This document shows, in pieces, positions 8,016 to 15,413 of a stretch of 16,289 bases of DNA. Source of the stretch: an uncultured Acidobacteriota bacterium (lineage in GTDB: Bacteria; Acidobacteriota; Vicinamibacteria; Vicinamibacterales; UBA8438); contig CAJWLU010000045.1 of assembly GCA_913043225.1 (NCBI GenBank), positions 1 through 16,289 on the forward strand, in the 5' to 3' direction. A program made the position numbers and the translations under genes. Positions within the stretch are counted from its first letter, which is position 1; each line of letters starts with the position of its first letter. A model generated the notes under the pieces. It was not told the DNA's origin and did not search any database. It saw only the letters and a program-made list of their open reading frames with translations.

Positions 8016-9429
8016 CCTCGGCCTCCATCTGGGACGGAAACTCAGCCAGACACAGCGGACATCCAACCACGTAGTCGTTCTTTGTGAGGTTCAGACGTGT
8101 CCGGCGCGCCAACATCTCGCGCTCGAACTCCTCATCGGAGAGAGCAATGCCCTCACCCAGATCGATGAACATGTTCGCCACCGACCGGCGTCCTCCACCG
8201 CCCCAGTTCCGCGGGTCCGCCACATTTCGATTCGAGGGCGTGGTATCCATGAATCCGGTCAGGTGCAGGATGGTCCCTTCCGGAAGCAGGGGTGCGGCAT
8301 CGTCAGCATACACGTAGCTGCGCACCCAGTTGTGGTCGTAGCCCGCACAGGTCAGGGTCTCAATCTGGTGTCCCCAGATCGCTTCAAGACACATGCGGAT
8401 TCCGGGCGCGTGCATATGGGGCTCGAAGGTCAGGATCTTGGTGTTCTGCTGAAGCACGACATAGGCGTGAAGTTCCTGGTCCTTCATGGTTGGCTTCACC
8501 GAGATGTCGATGCCGTTTCCGGTGAACCGCCGCACCCACTGCACCTCAGGTTCGTAGCCGACCGGATGCAGCTTGAACGCGAACTCCAGATACGCCAGGG
8601 TATCTCGACCGTTCGAGTGGAGATGCGCGGTCTCGAGGTTGAGCACCGAATCGGCCGACAGAATCCGGCCTGCGTTGTCCGGGAAGATGTCGGCGTTTCG
8701 TCCCACCTCGTGCACCGGCCAGACCGTGGTCTTGTCGGAGGTGAAGGCGTCCGGGTCCTCGTCCTCGAGCGGGTGCGACGACCAGTTGAGGTGATGGAAG
8801 ACGAAGCGCCCGCCGACGGTGTTGCTTCCCCCCTCAGCCGGCACGTCGTTGACCTCGCGGATCTCGACCGCCGCGACATACCGATCCTCAGTGAGCCCCG
8901 TCGGGACCAGACCGACCGGCTCCCACCGATCGGCGCCGGTCGCGCGCACAAGAATCTCGGGCGACCGCAGCACCAGGTCAGGAGTCCCGATACGCCAAGC
9001 GTCCTCGTCCCCGTCGTTGAAGCGGGGCGGGGGCAGTTCGGCCGGATTGCCGCGCGGAGCGCCACTGTCGGCCCAGCGACCGATCATGTCGATCTCCTTG
9101 TCGCTGAGCGAGGGGTCGTCCTTGAAATGCTGGATGCCGATGTCCTTCTCGACGAACCACGGCGGCATCGCCCCGCGCTCATTCCGCAGCGCGGTACGCT
9201 GCTTGATCGCGCGGACCCACGGCCGGACTTCTTCGTAGGTCAGCAGCGACATCGGCGCAACGGAATTCGGCCGATGGCAATGCTGGCAACTCCGCTGGAG
9301 AATCGGAGCGATGTCGCGGGTAAAGGTGACGTCGGTCTGCGCCTGGGCCAACGCCCCAGGAACGATCAGGAGCGACAACGCTCCCGCCACAGTGACGGCC
9401 CGGACAACGACTCGACGGGGACTCTGCAT
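8005..9429 (-). CDS. Secreted cytochrome c / copper type II (PHM/DBH-like) monooxygenase fusion protein
   Basis: Signal peptide; TFTRDIAPILQRS-CQHCH heme c site with distal AMPPW Met; VFHH and AHLH (CuH-like His set); PHMH and distal ANMF (CuM-like His-x-His...Met); YDHNW; C-terminal CPLC. Confidence 0.8.
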   Translation of the reverse strand: MQSPRRVVVRAVTVAGALSLLIVPGALAQAQTDVTFTRDIAPILQRSCQHCHRPNSVAPMSLLTYEEVRPWVRAIKQRTALRNERGAMPPWFVEKDIGIQHFKDDPSLSDKEIDMIGRWADSGAPRGNPAELPPPRFNDGDEDAWRIGTPDLVLRSPEILVRATGADRWEPVGLVPTGLTEDRYVAAVEIREVNDVPAEGGSNTVGGRFVFHHLNWSSHPLEDEDPDAFTSDKTTVWPVHEVGRNADIFPDNAGRILSADSVLNLETAHLHSNGRDTLAYLEFAFKLHPVGYEPEVQWVRRFTGNGIDISVKPTMKDQELHAYVVLQQNTKILTFEPHMHAPGIRMCLEAIWGHQIETLTCAGYDHNWVRSYVYADDAAPLLPEGTILHLTGFMDTTPSNRNVADPRNWGGGGRRSVANMFIDLGEGIALSDEEFEREMLARRTRLNLTKNDYVVGCPLCLAEFPSQMEAEGGQ

Positions 9430-9476
9430 GGTGCACTCCCTCGAGAAGACTGGATTGTCAGCTTACCTAAGCGGCG

Positions 9477-9505
9477 ACGGTAGCATGCCCCCAGTGCACC
9501 GTCAA
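9477..9505 (-). promoter_or_regulatory. Candidate sigma70 promoter for the monooxygenase operon
   Basis: TTGACG-17 nt-TACCGT with a TGn extended -10 on the minus strand. Confidence 0.5.
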
Positions 9506-9542
9506 TCAACCCGGCATCAGCGCCGATCTCACCGTGCGCCGC

Positions 9543-9548
9543 TATAAT
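9543..9548 (+). promoter_or_regulatory. -10 element for the PQQ dehydrogenase operon
   Basis: Perfect TATAAT 33 nt upstream of ATG 9582 in GC-rich DNA; no recognisable -35. Confidence 0.5.
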
Positions 9549-9581
9549 CGAGCTACTCTTCGACTGCCGAAAGGACTACCC

Positions 9582-11507
9582 ATGCGCCCGTCCTTCGTTC
9601 GCCGTTCCCTGATTGGATTCCTGCTGTCGAGCGTCTTAGGTCTCGCTCCAGCCTCGGCCCAGGTCTCGTGGACCCACGTCGGTGCCGACGAAGGCAACAC
9701 ACGCGCGTCGGCCGCCGATCAAATCACTCCCGCCAACGTGGATCAGTTGCGTCAGGCCTGGAGCTGGCAGCCGGAGGACCGCCCCCGGCCGGAGTACGGC
9801 ACGACGCCAGGAAGCTTCACGAGCACGCCAATCATGATTGACGGCACCGTCTTCGTGAGCTCCAACTACAATCGGGTAGCTGCGCTGGACCCCGCAACCG
9901 GCGAGGAAAAGTGGGTCTTCGACCCTCGGGCGTACGAGGGCGGAATGCCGACGCTCGGTGGCGGCTTTCGACACCGTGGCGTTACGGTCTGGCGCGATGG
10001 CGACGACTTGCGCATCTTCCTTGCAAGCCGGTTCCGCCTGTTCTGTCTGGACGCAGCCACTGGTGAGGTCGTGCCCTCATTTGGCGAGGGGGGCATCGTC
10101 GATCTTAGTCGCGACCTAATCTGGTCGATCGAACAGAGCCACTTCGAGTTCAACGCCGCGCCGGTGATGTTCAAAGATCTCGTTATCGTCGGCAGCGCCG
10201 TCGGCGACCGGGTAATCTATCGCCGGACCCCACCAGGCGACGTCCGAGCGTACAACGCACATACGGGCGCGTTGGTCTGGAGCTTCCACACGATCCCCCA
10301 GGAGGGCGAGTTCGGTAGTCAGAGCTGGGAAAACGAGTCGTGGCGCTACACGGGCGCAACCAACGTCTGGGCCGGCGTGACCGTCGACGAAGCGAACGAG
10401 CGGGTCTATCTGCCCGTCGGGAACCCCACTAACAGCTACTACGGCGGCTCTCGTCTCGGCGACAACCTGTTTGCCGAGAGCATCGTGGCGCTCGACGCTA
10501 ACACCGGCGAGCGGGACTGGCACTTCCAGATCGTCCACCACGGCGTCTGGGACTACGACCTGCCGACTCAGCCGATGTTGATGTCAATTACCGTCGAGGG
10601 GCGTGACATCGACGCGATCGCGCAACTCACCAAGCAAGGACTGATCTTCACCTTCGATCGGCTCACCGGCGAACCTGTCTGGCCAATCGAAGAACGGGAA
10701 GTCCCTCAAAGCGACGTGCCGGGTGAGCGGACCGCGCCCACGCAGCCGTTTCCGACCCAGCCCCCAAACGTGCTGCCCCAAGCAGGGATGACCGGCGACG
10801 ATCTCTTCGACCTCACACCGGAGCTGGCCGCGGCTGCCCGTGAGGCGATGAACGGATTGCGCACCGGACCGCTGTACACCCCTCCAAGCCTGGAGGGCTC
10901 GCTCGTCCGTCCAGGCGGCGGGGGGGCGATCAACTGGGGCGGCGGCGCCTACGACCCCGACACCGGCTACCTCTACGTCAAAACCTCGAACATGCCGGCA
11001 GTCTTCACCCTGGCGAAGTTCGATCCTCAAACTACCCGGAACCCATTCGCTGACACCGACGACCCAGACTACGTCGGCTACGACACTGTCACCGGACGGC
11101 GGCCGACGTTCGAAGGCGGTCTACCGCTCAACCGCCCCCCCTACGCATACTTGGTAGCCGTCGATATGAACGCCGGCACGATCGCGTGGCGCGTGCCCTT
11201 CGGCCGTGGCAGCGACCGGATCCGGAACCATCCGGGACTGGCCGACGTCGAGGTGCCAGACCGGCTCGGCACCCCAGGCGCCCCGGGAGGGTTTGTTACG
11301 GCAGGTGGGCTCTATTTCGCAGGGGGCGGCGAAGACGCGTTGTATGCCTTCGACAAAGTGACCGGCGAGGAACTGTGGCATGGCGCGCTCATCGAGCGCT
11401 CGACGGCCACGCCGATGACCTACGAAACCGACGACGGACAGCAGTTTGTGCTAATCGCGACCGGCTCCGGCGCCAACCAGGAACTCGTCGCGTTCTCGTT
11501 GCCGTAA
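9582..11507 (+). CDS. Secreted PQQ-dependent dehydrogenase, glucose/quinate/shikimate dehydrogenase-like without membrane anchor, 641 aa
   Basis: AAGGA RBS and ATG at 9582; signal ASA-Q; DQITPANV, repeated ALD--TGE--W beta-propeller motifs, GSAVGD, PGDVRAY, VGNP, GDNLFAES, HHGVWDYDLP, PTQPFP, GGAINWGG, ATPMTY. Confidence 0.92.
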   Translation: MRPSFVRRSLIGFLLSSVLGLAPASAQVSWTHVGADEGNTRASAADQITPANVDQLRQAWSWQPEDRPRPEYGTTPGSFTSTPIMIDGTVFVSSNYNRVAALDPATGEEKWVFDPRAYEGGMPTLGGGFRHRGVTVWRDGDDLRIFLASRFRLFCLDAATGEVVPSFGEGGIVDLSRDLIWSIEQSHFEFNAAPVMFKDLVIVGSAVGDRVIYRRTPPGDVRAYNAHTGALVWSFHTIPQEGEFGSQSWENESWRYTGATNVWAGVTVDEANERVYLPVGNPTNSYYGGSRLGDNLFAESIVALDANTGERDWHFQIVHHGVWDYDLPTQPMLMSITVEGRDIDAIAQLTKQGLIFTFDRLTGEPVWPIEEREVPQSDVPGERTAPTQPFPTQPPNVLPQAGMTGDDLFDLTPELAAAAREAMNGLRTGPLYTPPSLEGSLVRPGGGGAINWGGGAYDPDTGYLYVKTSNMPAVFTLAKFDPQTTRNPFADTDDPDYVGYDTVTGRRPTFEGGLPLNRPPYAYLVAVDMNAGTIAWRVPFGRGSDRIRNHPGLADVEVPDRLGTPGAPGGFVTAGGLYFAGGGEDALYAFDKVTGEELWHGALIERSTATPMTYETDDGQQFVLIATGSGANQELVAFSLP

Positions 11508-11569
11508 GCCCGTACTTAGGTTCGGATTGGCGGTCGACTACCCTTGGTCGCCTGGAGGACGAACGCCCG

Positions 11570-13291
11570 ATGATCTCGCAGACCCGAATCGCCTACCTAT
11601 TCCTACTCGCCGCCAGCCTCAGCCTGGCGCCGCCCGTGGCGGCCCAGAACGTCGACTGGCGCCTGCACAACCTCGATCTCCATGGCAGCCGCTTCTCCGA
11701 AACCGACCAGATCACGCCGGAGAACGCGCACCTGCTGACGCCGCGCTGGTTGTTCCAGCACGGGGTCATCGACGGGGTCAGCAACCAGACCACCCCAGTG
11801 ATCGTCGATGGCGTCATGTACGTGACCGACTCCCGCGGGAGCGTGTACGCCGTCAACGCCAAGGACGGGCACCTGCTGTGGACCTATGACGTCACACAGC
11901 TGCTGGGTGGCGGTCGCCAGGAGGGTTACATCTTCCGCCACCGTGGCGTGACCTATGCCGATGGTGTGGTGTACAGCGCGGCCGGCTCATTCATGTTCGC
12001 ACTCGACGCCGAAACCGGCGATCCCATCGAGGGCTTTGGTGAGAACGGCCAGGCGTCGGTCATTCTGGATATCCTGAGGCTCCGCTATCCGGACACGGAG
12101 ACCGCCATCTCTATGGGCTACTGGTTCACCAGCGCCCCTCAAATTCATGAGGGTGTCTTGTACGTCGGGGCAACCCGGAGCGAGAGCATGATTCCGGGCG
12201 GGTACGTACTGGCCATCGACGCCAGGACCGGCGAGGTGCTCTGGCACTTCAACACCATCCCCCAGGACGAGAACGACCAGGGCTGGGACATCGCCGGCTC
12301 GACCTGGGTCGGCGGCGGCCGCAACGGCGGCGGCATCTGGGAAACCCCGTCAATCGATCCGGAACTGGGCCTCCTTTATATCGCCGTAGGCAACCCCTTC
12401 GGTGACAGCACCAAGCGGGGGGGCATGAATTTGTTCACCGATTCGATCGTGGCGCTGTCGCTCGAAAATGGTCAGATGGAGTGGTACTACCAGCAGGTGC
12501 ACCATGACGTCTGGGACTACGACAACGGCCAGCAACCGGTGCTGTTTGACATGGTGGTCGACGGCGAAGCGGTCAAGGCGTTGGCCCAAGCCAACAAGAA
12601 CAGCTGGCTCTACATCTTGAACCGCGAGACCGGCGAGCCGGTGCACCCCATTCCAGAGATGCCGGTCTCGACCGAAACCGACCGTGAAGGTGAACAGCCC
12701 TGGCCGACCCAGCCAATTCCCCACAAGGCAAACGGGGAGATGATGGAACCGGTGTCGCCAGTGGTCCCGACCGACATCGATCCTGAGCACCTCGCGGAAA
12801 ACACCGTCGTTCCGCAGTACACGCCGCTCGGCCCCAACCAGATCTTTGCACCCGGTATGGGCGGCGGCGCCAACTACGGTCCAATTGCCTATAGCGACGA
12901 CACCGGCCTGCTATACGTCAACGCCATCGACATGCCCTACAACGCTGGCCGTGGGCGACGGCCGAAGGGCTACTTCTCGGCGTACGACCCGACCACTGGC
13001 GAGCTCATCTGGCGGCAGATATTCGACGGCTACGGCCAGGCGGGCGCCGTCGTCACCAAGGGGGGCGTGGTCTTCGTCGGCGCCGGCAGCAATGAAGCCG
13101 GTTACTTCTACGCCTATGACGCGAAGACCGGTGAGGAGCTCTGGAAGTTCAACACCGGCTCCGGCATCTTCGCCTCACCCTCGGTCTACATGGTTGATGG
13201 GGAAGAGTTCATCACCGTCGCCTCGGGCGGCGGCTCTCGCGGCCGTCGAGGTGGCGACCTGATCCTGAGCTTCGCCCTGCCGCCACAGTAG
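11570..13291 (+). CDS. Secreted PQQ-dependent dehydrogenase (alcohol/sugar type, no vicinal disulfide), 573 aa
   Basis: GGAGG then ATG at 11570 (MISQTRIAYLFLLAASLSLAPPVAA-Q); SRFS--DQIT, TTPVIVDGVMY, GGGIW, VGNP, HHDVWDYD, ANKN, PWPTQP, GGANY, YAYDAKTGEELWKF. Confidence 0.92.
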   Translation: MISQTRIAYLFLLAASLSLAPPVAAQNVDWRLHNLDLHGSRFSETDQITPENAHLLTPRWLFQHGVIDGVSNQTTPVIVDGVMYVTDSRGSVYAVNAKDGHLLWTYDVTQLLGGGRQEGYIFRHRGVTYADGVVYSAAGSFMFALDAETGDPIEGFGENGQASVILDILRLRYPDTETAISMGYWFTSAPQIHEGVLYVGATRSESMIPGGYVLAIDARTGEVLWHFNTIPQDENDQGWDIAGSTWVGGGRNGGGIWETPSIDPELGLLYIAVGNPFGDSTKRGGMNLFTDSIVALSLENGQMEWYYQQVHHDVWDYDNGQQPVLFDMVVDGEAVKALAQANKNSWLYILNRETGEPVHPIPEMPVSTETDREGEQPWPTQPIPHKANGEMMEPVSPVVPTDIDPEHLAENTVVPQYTPLGPNQIFAPGMGGGANYGPIAYSDDTGLLYVNAIDMPYNAGRGRRPKGYFSAYDPTTGELIWRQIFDGYGQAGAVVTKGGVVFVGAGSNEAGYFYAYDAKTGEELWKFNTGSGIFASPSVYMVDGEEFITVASGGGSRGRRGGDLILSFALPPQ

Positions 13292-13296
13292 ACATC

Positions 13297-15063
13297 ATGC
13301 ACTCACCCAAGCTGCGTCTCGTTCCGTCGCTCGTCATCGCCCTCGCCCTCAGCGCGACGGCCTTGGCCCAGCCGCAGGCAGATGCGTCGAACGACACGTT
13401 CGTCCCCATAACCGACGCCATACTGCAAGCGCCCGCGCCTGAGGATTGGCTGATGTGGCGTCGTACGCTCGACGGCTGGGGGTACAGCCCACTCGACCAG
13501 ATCGACAGGAGCAACGTTGACGATCTACGAATGGTGTGGACCCGAGCCCTGAACAGCGGCAACCAGCAGGGCACCCCGCTCGCCTACCAGGGTGTCCTCT
13601 ACATGCCAAACCCGAATGACGTGATCCAGGCGCTCGACGGGGCAACGGGCAACCTTGTCTGGGAACATCGGCGAAACCTTCCGGACGACCTCAATGCACA
13701 CATGGGCGGGCTGGTCTCTACTAAACGCGCGATCGCGATTCATGGTCGATACATCCTCGACACCACGGGCGACGACTACCTGATGGCACTTGACGCGGTA
13801 ACTGGCGAGATGGCGTGGGAGACCCAGATCCTCGACTACACGGTCAATCCCGCGCTGCAGACCTCCGGCCCGATCGTGGCTAATGGCAAGGTCATTTCCG
13901 GCCGGAGCTGCCGCGGAACCGCCACCCCGGACGCCTGCGTGATCACCGCGCATGACGCCGTGACCGGGGAAGAGCTCTGGCGGCGCCGCACAGTGCCCGG
14001 CCCAGGCGAACCAGGCGACGAGACCTGGGGCAACGTGCCGTTCGAGGATCGTAAGCATGTCGGCACCTGGATGGTGCCCAGCTACGACCCCGAACTGAAC
14101 CTGATCTATATCGGCACGTCGGTTACCTCACCGGCACCAAAGTTCATGCTCGGTGGCGCCGACCTGGCGCACCTCTACCACAACTCAACGCTCGCGCTCG
14201 ACGCAGACACCGGCGAGATTGTTTGGTACTACCAACATCTGAACGACCACTGGGATCTCGACCATCCGTTCGAGCGCCTCCTGATCGACACGCAGGTGGC
14301 GCCGGACCCAGACGAGGTGAGCTGGATCAACCCACGACTCCAACCCGGAGAGACCCGAAAGGTCATGACCGGCATTCCGGGCAAGACCGGCGTCGTCTAT
14401 ACCCTGGACCGGGAAACGGGCGAGTTCCTCTGGGCCACTCCTACGGTCGCTCAGAACGTCATCAACGACATCGATGGCGCCACCGGCTCGGTGGCCGTGA
14501 ACGCCGAGGTGGTCTTCTCGGCGCTGGGACAGGAGCTGATGTCCTGCCCCAGTTGGGCGGGAGGGAAAGACTGGGAAGCAGGCGCTTACAGCCCGCTGAC
14601 CGGCCGAATGTACTACCCGCTCCGGAACGCTTGTCAACGGCTGCTGTCGACCCTGGAAGGGGGCATCACCACCTACGCGCTGGCGGCCCGCCACATCCTG
14701 ACGCCGGGCACCGACCAGCTGGGGACGGTGCGCGCCATCGCGGTCGACACAGGACGCACTGAATGGCTCTACGAGCAACGGGCCGCCACGATGTCATTGG
14801 TCGCTACCGGGGGCGGTCTACTCTTCGGAGGAGACACCAACGGCCGGTTCCGTGCGTTCGACCAGGACACGGGTGCCGTCCTCTGGGAGGTCAACCTCGG
14901 CTCACCGGTGAGCGGCTATCCCATCTCCTTCGCCGCCGATGGCCAGCAGTACATCGCTGTCAGTACCGGCACCTCCGGCAACGCATCGATCAACCTCCGC
15001 ATGACACCCGAGCTTCAGCCGAGCATGGGTAACAACCTGTTCGTGTTCGCCTTGCCTGACTAA
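13297..15063 (+). CDS. Secreted PQQ-dependent dehydrogenase (divergent alcohol/polyol type), 588 aa
   Basis: Signal ALA-Q; DWLMWRRT-DGWGYSPLDQI, GTPL, AHDAVTGEELWR, YDPELNLIY, DHWDLDHP, GKTG, GGKDW, TGGGLLFGGD, GYPISF-ADGQQYIAV. Starts 5 nt after the previous stop. Confidence 0.92.
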   Translation: MHSPKLRLVPSLVIALALSATALAQPQADASNDTFVPITDAILQAPAPEDWLMWRRTLDGWGYSPLDQIDRSNVDDLRMVWTRALNSGNQQGTPLAYQGVLYMPNPNDVIQALDGATGNLVWEHRRNLPDDLNAHMGGLVSTKRAIAIHGRYILDTTGDDYLMALDAVTGEMAWETQILDYTVNPALQTSGPIVANGKVISGRSCRGTATPDACVITAHDAVTGEELWRRRTVPGPGEPGDETWGNVPFEDRKHVGTWMVPSYDPELNLIYIGTSVTSPAPKFMLGGADLAHLYHNSTLALDADTGEIVWYYQHLNDHWDLDHPFERLLIDTQVAPDPDEVSWINPRLQPGETRKVMTGIPGKTGVVYTLDRETGEFLWATPTVAQNVINDIDGATGSVAVNAEVVFSALGQELMSCPSWAGGKDWEAGAYSPLTGRMYYPLRNACQRLLSTLEGGITTYALAARHILTPGTDQLGTVRAIAVDTGRTEWLYEQRAATMSLVATGGGLLFGGDTNGRFRAFDQDTGAVLWEVNLGSPVSGYPISFAADGQQYIAVSTGTSGNASINLRMTPELQPSMGNNLFVFALPD

Positions 15064-15349
15064 CCAGATCAACACCGGTCTCGGGGTTTCGGTGTCCGAC
15101 GCCATTTTCGCAGTCTGGACAAGCCCCGCGCATGTCGTCCCCACAACCGGGCCTCTCTGAGAAACGCCCTGGCACCGCATGCCAAGGTCAGCGGCGTCCC
15201 AGGCGCCAACCGGTACAGAGGGACCTGGTAGGCCCCTCTCAACCCCATCTTGGCGCTGCTGTCACGACCAAGCAGCGCGGGTCCGCAAGAGCCATCCAAT
15301 TAGAACGGCCGGCCTGTCCCTTACGCGAAAAACCTTTGTACAAGAATGT

Positions 15350-15388
15350 GGCCGCGCCGGAGAGCACTAGCACTCTCCAAGCGCGGCC
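15350..15388 (-). terminator. Probable terminator hairpin downstream of the TonB-dependent receptor
   Basis: Minus strand GGCCGCGC-T-TGGAGAG-(TGCTAGTG)-CTCTCCG-GCGCGGCC followed by ACATTCTTGT, 25 nt after the stop. The U-tract is weak. Confidence 0.55.
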
Positions 15389-15413
15389 GGTCATTGCGGA
15401 GCCCGAACGGGCT

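Noticed and set aside
7993..9483. 496-aa + strand ORF antisense to the monooxygenase
   Set aside because: Shadow frame of a GC-rich gene with no motifs. The same applies to the other antisense ORFs such as 1669..2223, 2998..3606, 3840..4574, 5115..5942 and 15132..15836.
11186..11569. 128-aa N-terminal extension of the second PQQ dehydrogenase
   Set aside because: Arg-rich low-information sequence overlapping the upstream gene. The RBS and signal peptide support ATG 11570, and no frameshift signal is evident.
9582..15063. Assigning xoxF, mxaF, exaA or gcd symbols
   Set aside because: No vicinal Cys-Cys, no N-terminal membrane domain and no xoxG/xoxJ or pqq genes in the window, so orthology cannot be supported.
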